Shown in pieces: positions 25,205 to 38,360 of a stretch of 64,000 nt of DNA. The translations under genes were made by a program, and so were the position numbers. The DNA lies in contig OZ024763.1 in NCBI GenBank assembly GCA_964016885.1, positions 21,328,001 to 21,392,000 on the forward strand. The letters run 5' to 3'. Positions within the stretch are counted from its first letter, which is position 1, and each line of letters starts with the position of its first letter. The DNA comes from Eledone cirrhosa (lineage: Eukaryota). The notes beneath the pieces are model-generated. The model made no database searches and was not told the DNA's origin. It saw only the letters and a list, made by a program, of their open reading frames with translations.

Positions 25205-25862
25205 CCATGAACTGGGTGCTTTTTGTCATAACCCCAACGCAACCACTTTACAGTGTGGGCTGGGTGCTTTTTATCATGGCACCAACATGACCACTTTACA
25301 GTGTGGACTGGCTGCTTTTTATCATGGCACCAACATGACCACTTTACAGTATGGACTGGGTGCTTTTTATCATGGCACCAACATGACCACTTTACAGTGT
25401 GGACTGGGTGCTTTTTGTTGTGGCACCAACATGAACACTTTGCAGTGTGAACTGGGTGTTTTTGTTGCGATAACCACACAACCACTTTACATTGTGGACT
25501 GGGTGCTTTTTATCGTGGCACCAACATGACCACTTTACAGTGTGGACTGGGTGCTTTTTATCATGGCACCAACATGACCACTTTACAGTGTGGACTGGGT
25601 GCTTTTTATCGTGGCACCAACATGACCACTTTACTCTGTGGACTGCGTGATTTTTGTCATGGCATCGACATGACCACTTTACAGTGTGTACTGGGTAATT
25701 TTTGTCATGTCACCTACATGACCACTTTACAGCATGGACAGGGTGCTTTTTATCATGGCACCAACATGACTACTTTACACCGTGGATTGGGTGGTTTTTG
25801 TCATGACATGATTACGACTACTTTACAGTGTGGATTGGGTGCTTTTTGTCGTGGCATCAACA
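25205..25862 (-). repeat. 48-bp tandem array (~13 units) of the RTE/SINE 3'UTR unit, next to stacked tail fragments (24730-25200)
   Basis: ATGGCACCAACATGACCACTTTACAGTGTGGACTGGGTGCTTTTTATC repeats. Confidence 0.9.
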
Positions 25863-26479
25863 TACATATGATATTGCATGGTAGCTGCTCAGGAACATAA
25901 ATGACAGAATAACTGTAGAGGGGGTTAGAGATGTAGAAGGATGAATCGATTATGGTTTGTATCGTATGATATCTTGTATGAAAGGAGGACTGAGTAGAAG
26001 TGATTGGAGAAAGTGGATGGACTGGCTAATAAAAGCATTTACTAATGTGTGCAGCAAAGAGAACTTTAAATTGCTACGGATGATGTCTGCTTGGAACAAT
26101 AATAATAATAATGATGATGGTAATAATATGGACGACATATTGATAATAATATCAATAATAATCATATGGACGATATGGATGATATAATAATAATCATACT
26201 ACTACTACTACTACTACTACTATTGCTACTATTACTAATAATAATGATAATAATAAAAGAGAGGGGAGAAAGAGAGAGAGGGGGAAAGAGAGAAATGAGA
26301 GGGGGAGAGAGAGAGAATGGGAGAGAGGGGTGGTGGTGGTGGTAAAATCTGCTGGTGGATAAGTGATGATGGGCAGATATAGACAATAGATGACATGCAA
26401 GGAGGTTGTTAGGTCAGATTTCCAGAACATTAAGGCCTTACAAATAGGATATCACAGCATCAGGGTGGAGAATAGCAGT

Positions 26480-26925
26480 AGTAGTAGTGTTGTTGTCATT
26501 GCTGGTGTTGCTGTTGTTGTTGTTGATGTTGTTGTTGTCGTTGCTGTTCTGTAGATCAATCCAAATGATGCCAACATGGAGGTGAACAGACAGACATTTT
26601 GAGATGATGATAATGATGATGATGATGATGATGGTGGTGGTGATGGTATTATTGATGATGATGGTGACGATGATGTTGTTGTTGTTGGTGGTAATGATGA
26701 TGATGATGAGGATGATAGTGATGATGATGATGATAGTGATGATGGTGTTGTTGGTAGTGGTGGTGGTGGTGGTGGTGGTGATGATGATGGTAGTGATCAT
26801 GATGATGATGACGGGGTGGTGGTGATGATGGTGATGATGATAGTGATGATGATGATGGTGTTGTTGGTAGTGGTAATGATGATAATGATGATGATGATGT
26901 TAGTGATGATGATGATTATGATAGA
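26480..26925. repeat. (GAT)n/(GGT)n/(GTT)n compound microsatellite
   Basis: Seen directly. Confidence 0.9.
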
Positions 26926-27478
26926 TAACTCTTTCATGTTGTAATCTCAAGTTTCAGGAACACTACTACCAATGTAAGTTTCAACAAACATTTCGAGATT
27001 TAGTCAATCAGAGATGGTGCATGGCTTTGTGGTTAGGGGGTTTGACACACAATCTTAAACCCTTGAGTTCAATTTCCAGCAGAGCATTTTTGTCTGGCTG
27101 AGGTCATGCTGGGGCACTTCCCTTGTTGCTTCACTTTCTATACTTAAAAATGAGATTGGTGTTCAGTTATATCAAACAGGCTGCTAATCGATAACTGTTC
27201 ACAGGTGTGATCCCACTACTGCTCAACACAGAGTGGTCTTTTGCCTGCCGTGTTTCTGCCCTGGGCCGAAACAGTAACCCTTCTTAGTCAACCTGGTCCT
27301 AGTGAACTCTCTCTCCAGCACCATATTGATGCCGATCTTAGTGTGCACAGACACCTGATCACCATAGAAGATTGACTACCAGGACCCCCTATTCTCAAAT
27401 TAGCCAACCAAGCAAGCAAGCTTCCTAGAAGCTAGATTTCAGGAACATGCCACCATTCCCATGTCTATGTCTTCCAAT

Positions 27479-27733
27479 GAAGGTGCATGGCTTAGTGGTT
27501 AGAGTATTGGATTTCCAATCGTGAGGTTGCAAGTTCAATTCTTGAACTGGATGATGTGTTGTGTCCTCGAGCAGGCCACTTTATTTCACGTTGCTCCTTC
27601 TGCCAGGAGTTGCGACCAGTAGAAAGTAGATAGTGTCAACAATGGAAAGACCAATGGAAACATTTCCTTGGTCCAATTTGACAAGATCCACCCAACTCAG
27701 TAAGCGAATGGCATCTGGGATCTTGTTGATCGA
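27479..27733 (+). mobile_element. tRNA-derived SINE (type A)
   Basis: TGGCTTAGTGG, GTTCAATTC, CORE-like segment, CAATGGAAACATTTCC 3' region as in 6040-6244. Confidence 0.8.
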
Positions 27734-27864
27734 TGTTTTAAAAAATATCTTCCAAAGTTATATTTATATTCATAACTCTTTACATATATTTCTTCTTTTC
27801 TTTATTCTGACTGAATAGTAATGGAAAAATGAAAATATCTTGCTTTTCTGTTCATCCTGTTTAA

Positions 27865-28353
27865 CCCTTTAACATTTACATTACTCTATACATACTATTA
27901 TATTTTCATGGTAAAGGCTTTACCTCACATAATATCTCACACAACATTTACATTACTCTATATATACTATTATATTTTCATGGTAAAGGCTTTACCTCAC
28001 ACAAGTAGCTCACATAATATCGAATCTATGAGATTTTGATATGATCTATTTTGAGAACAATAACTTAACATTAGTATGAGCAGCTGGTTACAGCTGGTTT
28101 AAACAGAAAGAGGTGAGAGAATTCTGGCTAGATCAGCCAGTTTAACCCTTAAGCATTTACATTACTCTATATTTACTATTATATTTTTTACCGTAAAGCT
28201 TTACCTCACATAATAACGAATCTATGAGATTTTGATAATATTAATTTTGAGAACACTACCTTAACATTAGTATGAGCGGCTGGTTACAGCCGGTTTAAAC
28301 AGAAAGAGGTGAGAGAATTCTGGCTGGATACGGCCAGTATAAATGCTAAAGGG
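27865..28353 (-). mobile_element. Two adjacent piggyBac-like MITEs
   Basis: TTAA-CCCTT...AAGGG-TTAA; TTAA at 27861, 28142 and 28354; reverse of 36595-36812. Confidence 0.8.
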
Positions 28354-28902
28354 TTAAATATTCATGTACATAGACAACTTCACTCTCATTAAGCTGTCAG
28401 ATTAAATGCTAAAGGGTTAAAGTATTTTTAATCATGTTCTTGGAAATGTTGTATTAATTCCATTTAATTGTTGTTCTTTTCATTTGCAATCATCTTTTGG
28501 CCACAGTAAGCATTTTACATATCTCTTTTCTTACAAGTTTGCAAGACTAGCATGTGGTTTATTTACATTTCTATTAGATGGCCATTTTTTTTTTTTTTTC
28601 AATTAATTAATTATATTAATTATATTAATTAGCTCTGAGACCAAGGCTGGTCTTTCATCTGCTGAGACCCTAAGCTATATGAAATTTGAGACGACTCTTC
28701 TCTAAAAAAAAAATTTTGGGTAAAAAAAATGTAAAATGATGATTATTTATTAATGATTACAAAATTATATATTATATATATATATATATACATCGTATTT
28801 TTACTCCAAATATTTGTTGAGTGCTTTATATCAGTTATAAAAATATTTGCTTGTTGTATCCCAACAATTTAAATAGAACTTTTACATATATATATATATA
28901 CT

Positions 28903-28972
<70 letters not shown>

Positions 28973-29227
28973 GTGTGTATGTATATATATATATATATAC
29001 ATATAATTTTTTAATGGTTTAGTGTTAAAGAATAAAAAGTGAATGATAAAAAAAAAATATGGACAGCGGTAGACATTCACTTGCTGAAGCCCTAAGCTAT
29101 ATGAAATTCATTGTTATTCAGTGAGGTAAGGGTGCTTATCAAGACTGGTGAAAGGGAGATTAGAAGGTCTCATTACCCTGGATATTTGACCCCTACTAAG
29201 ACTGGTGGAAGGGAGACAAGAAGGTAT

Positions 29228-29745
29228 CATTTATTACACAGGACACTTGACTTCAGTTTTGGACAAGGAGTTGTGGTGGGATATATGACCATACCAGGCA
29301 AGTTTCTGTCTTTCCACCATCTCAAAAAGTGGTTCCTGTCTGCCAGTATATTTGTTAACTTGCTGCCTGACAAAGCTGTTTGTTTTGTGCTCCGTGTATG
29401 TGATGTTTAGCAACCCTTCTAAAGCACTTGTGCTCAAATGACTGGATTCTTTGTTCCATGTCAGCACCCAGTACACACTGTAAATGTGGTTGGCATTAGG
29501 AAAGGCATCCAGTTGTAGAAACCAATCCCGAAACAGTTCTGTATGAACTGTTCTGATCCAACTTGCCTCAAACAGTACAACCCATTTAACCTATGCTAGC
29601 ATGGAAACCAGATGTTAAACGATGATGATGATATCAGCTGTAAGAATCCTACTCTCACAGCCATACAAAAAGATCAAAGTCACGAAGGACTTGTATAGTT
29701 TGAGCTTCATTGGAAAACTGATGGAGTTGCTTTACTATGGCAGAA
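29228..29745 (-). mobile_element. RTE (BovB-like) LINE fragment interrupted by a SINE/RTE tail (~29430-29633)
   Basis: Minus strand SISFPMKLKLYKSFVTLIFLYGCES, then after the insertion LLNITYTEHKTNSFVR...RQKLAWYGHI. Confidence 0.75.
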
Positions 29746-31749
29746 AGTGGCCAGGGTGAGTCTTGTCAGTAGATATATAAAGAACTAAAAGAAAAATGAG
29801 AAAACTTTCATTTTTAAAAGCCTCTTTTTAATCAGTACCTGAGAACACTTTTCTCACCTGCTCATCATTAATTCAAATGCTAGTAGGGTACTTACTGTGA
29901 TCTGAAATGATAAAATCGTGAAGTTGAAATTGCTTAATGAAGTGTCTATAAAGAAATCTCTCTGTGTGAAGTTTGCATCAAGAGGAGGGTATTTAATAAA
30001 CAGGTTGAGGTAATATTTATTTAAGCAGCTATAAAACACTGCATCCTCTGCTCCACACCTCCACCTATGTTGCTATATGTGAAGCAAGGGAGGAATCTAC
30101 AAAGCAGAGATGAATTGCTATGATTGACATTAATTGCATTGAGGATGTTAGTGAAATCCTTGTCAGCAGTCGAACATGAGATTTGGGGAGTGAGAGAAAG
30201 AGTCAGTCTATCCCTGTTTGATATTCCTAAATTGAAGCTGAAATGTAATATCCTGCTCAAGGCTGGTTGTTATTTTTATGAAGTTAAGGAGTCATGTGCA
30301 TTCATTATAAGGTATCAAAAGAGTGGCTGGGTGGTGGTGGTGGTGGTGGTGGTGTTGGTGGTGGTGGGGTTATGAATTTAAACCATTTCATAATAATATT
30401 TTTAAGGTTTGAAGTCAAAGAAAGAAGATTTTTGTATTCATTGAAAATACTGAACATTCTCAGAAATAGCCTGTTAAAAATCCATGCTTTTATTCATTGT
30501 GGATAATATCTAAAATACTTTTTCAGTCATCATTGCCTTCTTCACTACTCTTTTCTTATTAAAATTATTATATATGCTGCTTTTTTCAGCTTGCTTCCTC
30601 TAATACACCATGCAGCAAAGTATCTTGTATAGCTCACTTTAAACTAGTCATTTTTTTTTCTTCTTCTCACACCAAACAACAGTATTTTTCTTCACTTTTT
30701 CTTAGTCTTTCTTTCTATCTTTCTTTCATTTTTTTTTTTTTTCATTTTCTTTTCTCAGTGCCATCTTCCAGCATTATTTATCTATTTATTTATCTATTCA
30801 TTCAGCCAGCCAACCTTTCTGCTATATCTAACTTATTTCAAATAAAATATTTGTTGAGCACTTTATAAAGCTAAGCTCCCACCAGTGAGCTCTGTCCAGA
30901 ACCCGGATTTCTTCAACTCCTCGTTGTAGCGATTTCACTTCTTTTTTTATGTTTGCTTTCTGCCTTTGAAAAAAAAAAAAAAAAGACAAGAATGTTACTG
31001 AATCTTACTTTCTCACATCTAAAATCCGGGGCCTGGTGCTTTTTGTATGAGACCAAACTTTCTAAACAATCAGCACAATCTGATGGCCGTTTTCGGCACT
31101 GGCTTTCATTAATTTACATTAATTAGCTATATTTTTTTCTTCTTTTTAAAATTTTGCTTTGGTATAGACTTGCCTGGGAATATAAACTAATTAAAATAAT
31201 ATGCAAATTTTCTCTCTTTTTTTATACTTCATCTCACTGCTTAACCATTTCTTTTCCATATTTTCCCACATTTTAAAGATACGCCATTAAAAACCTTCAT
31301 TACGCCTGTTTTCTATATTGTTCTAACAGAGATATAATGTTTTTTTTTAATTGTTAAATGATGTGTACATATATAATAATGGATTTTTGCTGTTTTTTGT
31401 TTTGTGTATATTTAATAATTCTTAATGAATATCATTTTGATAAAGGTACATGGTTTATCTAACACAAATAATGCATACAATACTGTTTCTTTTTCTTCTT
31501 GAGTCACCCCTCTTTTTTTTAAGGTGAAGCACTTATTTTCCTTTTTCTAATGGCTAGGATATATGCAGCTAGCCATATCTTCATACTCAAAGAGTTTCCC
31601 GCTAGCTGGAGCAATTGTGCCAACCCATTGTTGAATTAATAGTCAATCATGTGAAACCACTGGTGTTCATAACACTGAGGTCATCTAATTAAAATGATGG
31701 TAGCTACATCAACTACTGTTTACTGTGACACAAGCAAGATTTTTATTGA

Positions 31750-32020
31750 GGCTTACTCCTCTAAATCTGACCTGTTCTGCTAGACGATCCTATGATAACC
31801 ATATCAGAGGCACCTCGTGTAGGACGTGGTTTTTCACAATGCAGGCCAGTCTTTGAACTTTAAGAGGCCAGGTGCTCAGCTTGAATGAGCATATATCAGG
31901 TATAGTGTTGGTTTAATCTTGGGAAGCGCACTGAAGTTTTGAAGGATGCAGTGTCTTGACAGCTAACAACTGATGCAGGTAGTTTGTTCAATGCTTCAGC
32001 AACTCTGAGTGTGAAAAAAA
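31750..32020 (-). mobile_element. CR1/L2-type LINE 3' end
   Basis: Minus strand FFTLRVAEALNKLPASVVSCQDTASFKT resembles the CR1 ORF2 C-terminal motif FF..RV...WN.LP..VV.....FK; left boundary approximate. Confidence 0.65.
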
Positions 32021-32814
32021 CCCACACCCAAAATATACAATCAAAGCAAAAAAAGACACAAATTCAGTACTGCACATCAACCAGTCACACATTACAAGGA
32101 TCACGGGAGTCTCCTTCTAATACATTAATCTTAGTGTTTATAGGGTGATTTGATAAGATCTCCTTCCAGCAAGGATATGTATTATTATATTTCAATATAT
32201 TATCATTCCAAGGAACCAAATTGGTAATTCATAGCAGAGAAGCTGAGTCAAGGAAAAATTAAATGCTGTACATATATTCTTGAATGTTTTTCGTAAAAAA
32301 GAGTTTTAATATTCTTCTAAAGTAATCAACTACAAAGAATTCAAGATCATGAGAGGAAAAAAACATTTTGCAACTTTTTATATTTAATAAATGGCTTAAT
32401 ACTGTGTATACATATACATATATATACACACATATATATATATATACCTTTATTGATTTACTTCTCAATATTTTCGTTTGAATATATTATATAGCAATAT
32501 CTCTCCCCACTCAAAAGTAGGTGAAAAGTAGGTGAATATCTAGATGTATATACATTTCTACAGACCCCTCACCCATCCACACATATATATACACACTTAT
32601 AAATACACACATGCCATACATAGATTTAACTGTACAAGAAACCTACTGCTTCTTATAAATAATTGAATGATGAAAAGTTTAAAAGTTTTAAAGGTTTCTA
32701 CCATCAAATGCCAACTTCATTAATTATTCCCTTTGTCTTCTCTGTTCCTTCATCTTAAACTTCCATGTTGTTTCTTTAACCCACTCTCCTATCTTGAAAA
32801 CAATATAAGTTAAC

Positions 32815-32845
32815 AACTAATTTTTCTTCCCTTTTTCAGGTGAGT
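32815..32845 (+). promoter_or_regulatory. Candidate recursive splice site (acceptor abutting donor)
   Basis: ACTAAT branch-like motif, TTTTTCTTCCCTTTTT tract, CAG (32837-32839), then immediately GTGAGT (32840-32845). Confidence 0.45.
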
Positions 32846-33001
32846 CTTTGATATTTCTTCTGATTTGGCTGAAATTCAAATAGGAAATTTCATAATTTTC
32901 TGAGGTCAGTTGAAAATTAAAACATTTCGTTTTTAACTAACCACCCACATTGTTCTTCCTCAATTTGCAATTCCATACCATTACTATTATCATTATTACT
33001 A

Positions 33002-35352
33002 TGGTGGATTGGCAGTATCGGTAGAGGGTCGGACACCATGCTTTGACGCATAGAGTTACGTCCCTTTATGATCTGAGTTCAAATCCCGCCGAGGTTAACT
33101 TTGCCTTTCATCCTTACAGGGTCGATAAAATGAAGTACCAGTAATGTACTGGGTAATTGCTGGCCTTGTGCCTAAAATAGAAACAATTATTACTATGGTG
33201 GATTGGCAGTATCGGTAGAGGGTCGGACACCATGCTTTGACGCATAGAGTTACGGCCCTTGCCATTCTGAGTTCAAATCCCGCCGAGGTTAACATTGCCT
33301 TTCATCCTTACAGGGTCGATAAAATAAAGTACCAGTAATGTACTGGGTAATTGCTGGCCTTGTGCCAAAAGTAGAAACAATTATTATTATTATTACTACT
33401 ACTACTATTATTATTATTATCATTATTATTGGAGTCTCAGTCATTGATGTTCTTTAATTGGAAAGTTTGTTCAAATGAACAACAAGTCGCTACCTCCAGC
33501 CTCAGATATTCAGGACGTATCTGAGGGTTCTTGCTGTGCAGGACGGCTTTTGTTTCATGTTTTTGTTTTCATATGTAGAAACGTCCATTTGTACCAACCT
33601 GTGCTGTCCTTAATGTTAAGCTTTGTGTCAACCCTTGTGGTCAATAAAAAAAAACATTATTATTATTATTATTATTTTCTTATTGTCCTCTTAATTTAAG
33701 CCCTGCGAGGCTAATAAAAGAAAACCATTATTATCATTATTATGAATTTGATAGAGGGCGGTGGATTGGCAGTATCAGTAGAGGGTCGGACGCCATGCTT
33801 TGCAGCATAGAGTTACGTCCCTTTACGGTTTGAGTTTAAATCCTGCCAAGGTTAACTTTGTCTTTCATCCTTAAGGATGAAAGTACCAGTCACGCACTGG
33901 GGTTGATTTAATCGACTTTCCCCTCCCCCAAAATTGATGGCCTTGTGCCCATACTAAAAATTATTATTATTATTATTATAATTATAATTATTATTATTAT
34001 TTTCTTCTTAATTAAAGCCCTGTGATGTTAATAAAAGAAAACCAGAGTGACTGGCACCTGGAATGTTGCCAGGCACTCACTACCCTCTACCAAGTGGGCA
34101 ATGCGATCAGTGGAACTTCTACTCTTGAGTTCTATAGAGGATTAGTGGTGGGCATGTGCGATGGCGCAATCGAACATTTGCTAAAAGGTGGATGAATGTG
34201 GCGAGAATGGCCCGTGTGAATGGGCCTACTCTGACCATGCGCCTATAGGCTAGTTAAATTGAGGAGAGAAGTGCTCTGCCTGGGTGCCCTAGAAGCGCAG
34301 GGTGATTCAGGATTGGTGGGGTACCTGAGTCACCCCGGGGTCGTCTGCCCCCGATAGGGGAATTTATTTATTTTCTTATATTTATGCATAGTTTATTTTA
34401 TATTTGTATATCTTCATTGTTAAATTAGTCTTGCCATTGTGCACTTTTACTCGACCTTATTGTAAACCCCTCCTGTCCCTGTCTTTCTATTGTCCCCTAC
34501 ATGTCGGCCCATGTGGTCCCTGTCTTTCTATTGTCCCCTACATGTCGGCCCTTGTGGCTAATAAATGAAATCATTATTATTATTATGAATTTGATATCTC
34601 AATCATTGATGTTATTTAACCAGAATATTTGCCACAATTATTATTATTGTTGTTATTAATTATTATTTAATAATAGCAATAATAATAATAATTGTTTCTA
34701 TTTTTGGCACAAGGCCAGCAATTATCCCAGTACATTACTGGTACTTTATTTTATCGACCCCGTAAGGATGAAAGGCAAAGTTAACCTTGGCGGGATTTGA
34801 ACTCAGAATGGCAAGGGCCATAACTCTACGCATCAAAGCATGGCGTCCGAGCCTCTACCAATACTGCCAATCCATTGCCCTTTATATTTAACCAGAATAT
34901 TTGCCAAAATTATTATTATTGTTGTTATTAATTATTATTTAATAATAGCAATAATAATAATAATGATTTTTACTTTAGGCACAAGGTCAGCTTTTTTGGG
35001 AGAGGGGAAAATCAATTAAATCGACCCCACTGGTACTTTATTTTATCGACCCCGTAAGAATGAAAGGCAAAACTAACCTCAGCGGGATTTGAACTCAGTT
35101 ACAGCCCTTTATGTTCTGAGTTCAAATCCTGCTGAGGTTATCTTTACCTTTCATCCTTACAGGGTCGATAAAATAAAGTACCAGTAATGCACTGGGGTTG
35201 ATTTAATCAACTTTCCCCTCTCCCAAAATTGCTGGCCTTGTGCCTAAAATAGAAATTGAGGTTGACTTTGCCTTTCATCCTTACGGGGTCGATAAAATAA
35301 AGTACCAGTAATGCACTGGGTAATTGCTGGCCTTGTGCCTAAAGTAGAAACA
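33002..35352. mobile_element. Dense cluster of type B SINEs (about 7 full or partial copies, both strands) among (ATT)n tracts
   Basis: GGTGGATTGGCAGTATCGGTAGAG head, GAGTTCAAATCC B-box, GCCTTTCATCCTTACGGGGTCGATAAAATAAAGTACCAG domain, GGCCTTGTGCC..AA.TAGAAAC(ATT)n tail. Confidence 0.9.
34045..34585 (+). mobile_element. Probable L1/Tx1-type LINE 3' end
   Basis: GC-rich island ending an ORF-like FAKRWMNVARMARVNGPTLTMRL*; 3'UTR with AATAAA, then (ATT)n; three short matching termini nearby. Confidence 0.45.
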
Positions 35353-35809
35353 ATTATTTTTATTATTATTGTTTTTCCATCAATTATACATTTGTATTGG
35401 ATGTTTATGTCTTGTAAATATATTGTATTTTGTTGTTTTATATCAATGACCGACAGTTTGATGTATATGTGTGTGTGTGTGTGTGAGTAACAAGCGTAAA
35501 AGTTATGTTAACAAAATTTCAAGATCAATGTGGTTAAAAAAAAAAAAAAATGAATTGATTCTATATACATAATATTATATATATATATTATTTTATTACA
35601 GGTATAATTCTATATATATATAGATTAAAGATATAATTCTAATATATAGACACATATATATATAAATTTATTACAGGTATAATTTTAATATATATATCAT
35701 CATCATTTTTGTTAAAACATATGTAAGACAAAAAAAAAATGTTTTAAATTTCATCATTTTGATTTTATGTCCATTATATATACACACACACACACACACA
35801 CGTTATATA

Positions 35810-36260
35810 TTACTGAAATAATTTTTTTCATCTCTACCCCTGCTCACTTTCCTTTCTCTTTCTGTTTCGTCTTTAATTTTTTGTTCTATTATCTTGATGA
35901 TGGACTAGCGTCCCAAACATTAATACCCTTCCTACTATATCAAGCATAACACTACTATATATCTTCATTGTACTTCATCATCTATTGTGATTTTTTCTGT
36001 TTACTTTTTGCATCTACACACATATGAGATGGCGACATAAATGGACTTGTTATTTTTCTCTAAAAAATATTTTCCGTTTCCACCACTGCCCATCTCCTCA
36101 ATCTTTCTATTTCTTCTTCAATTTCTCATTCTATTTTCTGATGAAGGACTAGCGTCCGAAACGTTAAGACTCTTTTCCTACTATATCAAGCGTAAAACTA
36201 ATAATATATTTCTTCATTGTACTGTGTTGTTTGCTTTGTTATTTCTGCTTGCCTTTTGCA
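35810..36260 (+). mobile_element. Tandem pair of HHR-bearing PLE-type terminal repeats (244-bp period)
   Basis: Degenerate core TTGATGATGGACTAGCGTCCCAAAC at 35894; intact CTGATGA-A-GGAC tagc GTCC-GAAA-CG-TT^AAGA at 36138-36169. Confidence 0.75.
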
Positions 36261-36594
36261 TATATATATGTACATGTATGTATATACATATACACATACA
36301 TTTATGTCTGTATATATTTGTTTCATGTTCACTATCAAAATAAAGCATGAAGCTCATTTTAATGGAACTTATGTTTATTCTCACAAACATTGGCACTGAT
36401 TACATTCATATGTGGTAGGTTGCTTACTCTGCCAAATCTATAAAATATTTTTTTTTAAATATTAAAAAAAAATTTCTCACACATTGTTTTTTGAATTTCA
36501 TATTTTTATATTTAGATATTTTTTATTGAAAGAAAAGTTATTTTAATACTTACGGGACATAGTGTTATCTAATTTTCCTTTGAAAATAAATTAA

Positions 36595-36812
36595 CCCTTT
36601 CACATTTAATCCGGCCATATCCGGCCAGAATTCTCTCACCTCTTTCTGTTCAAACTGGCCATAACTGGCTGTAACCAGCCACTCATACTTACATTAAGGT
36701 ATTGTTCTCAAAATAAATATCATCAAAATCTCATAGAGTTTATATTATGTGAGATAAAGTATTTACTCTGAAAATACAATAGTATATATAGAGTAATGTA
36801 AATGGTAAAGGG
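36595..36812 (+). mobile_element. piggyBac-like MITE (218 bp)
   Basis: TTAA at 36591-36594 and 36813-36816; termini CCCTTTCACATTTA / TAAATGGTAAAGGG. Confidence 0.85.
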
Positions 36813-37481
36813 TTAAAGTGATTTGAAGAAAATGCTATTGCAATGCCAGGCATACTGATTATCCAGAATTTGAAGAAATATTTCAAAACTGGGGTGTTTA
36901 GGTAGAGACAATAGCTTGATGTTTGGCAATGGCATCTTGAAAGGATAGACAGATACACTGGCATCCTTAGAAATGGTCAGGTATACTAGCATCCTTAGAG
37001 ATGGACAGGTACACTGGCATCCTTAGAAATTGACAGGTATACAGGTTCTTACCTGACTCCTACTTGTGGTTCTGTGACATAATTTCAGCCACTGTGATAA
37101 CGGTTTCTGCTGGCAGAGGCTAAACTTAGTGAAGGACTGGACGTTTGGAAGGAGAGGAGATGGGCACTTCCAAACATTTCTAAAGCCTGTTGATATGCCA
37201 TGATAGACATGCAGTGAAATGTCTAGAGCTGTACCCCAATGACTGGCTGTATCAGTTACAGCAAGAGGAGCACTGCCACGTATTTCTCAGGTCCATTGAG
37301 ATGCCATGATTGACACACACAGTCAAACATCTAAAGTGACACCCCTATGACTGGCTGTACCAGTTACAGTGAGATGGGTACCACCAATTATTTCTACGGC
37401 TTGCTGAAATGCCTGATGAACACCCAGTCAAATATCTAGAATGATACCTCAATGACTATCTGTACCAGTTGGTTTTGCCTG

Positions 37482-38360
37482 TAAAATCTGTCCAGTGATT
37501 CTTTCCTGAGACATTCTAACCACATGTCTGTAGTATCAGAGCTGTGATCTCACAAATTTGTCCAGTGATTCTTTCCTGAGACATGTCTGTAGTATCAGAG
37601 CTGTGATCTCACAAATCTGTCCTGTGATTCTTTCCTGAGACATGTCTGTAGTATCAGAGCTGTGATCTCACAAATCTGTCCTATGATTCTTTCCTGAGAC
37701 ATTCTAACCACATGTCTGTAGTATCAGAGCTGTGATCTCTCAAATTTGTCCAGTGATTCTTTCCTGAGACATGTCTGTAGTATCAGAGCTGTGATCTCAC
37801 AAATCTGTTGTGCAATTCTTTCCTGAGACATTCTAACCACATGTCTGTAGTATCAGAGCTGTGATCTCTCAAATTTGTCCATTGATTCTTTCCTGAGACA
37901 TTCTAACCACATGTCTATACTATCAGAGCTGTGATCTCACAAATCTGTCGCGCAATTCTTTCCTGAGATATCCTAACCACATGTCTGTAGTATCGGAGCT
38001 GTGATCTCATAAATCTGTCCAGTGATTCTTTCCGGAGACATTCTAACCACATGTCTGTAGTATCAGAGCTGTGATCTCTCAAATTTGTCCAGCAATTCTT
38101 TCCTGAGACATTCTAACCACATGTCTGTAGTATCAGAGCTGTGATCTCTCAAATTTGTCCAGCAATTCTTTCCTGAGACATTCTAACCACATGTCTGTAG
38201 TATCAGAGCTGTGATCTCTAAAAATCTGTCCAGTGATTCTTCCCTGAGACATTCTAACCACATGCTTATAATATCGGAGCAATGATCTCTCAATTTGAGG
38301 AAGTAGCAGTTTTACCTGGAGCAACTGTCTGATCTCTGAGCTATGCATTCTATCCAGTAA
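37482..38360 (-). repeat. Tandem array (~13 units, ~61/51 bp) amplified from RTE ORF2 C-terminal coding sequence
   Basis: Unit is the reverse complement of GAGATCACAGCTCTGATACTACAGACATGTGGTTAGAATGTCTCAGGAAAGAATCACTGGAC, the segment triplicated at 6527-6870. Confidence 0.9.

Noticed and set aside
29661-29755. Plus-strand exon with CAG acceptor and GTGAGT donor
   Set aside because: Better explained as the antisense of an RTE ORF2 fragment (LYKS...LYGCES); exonisation cannot be excluded but has no support
30895-30925. 2A-like GVEENPG motif
   Set aside because: On re-reading, the frame gives GVEEIRV; there is no NPGP
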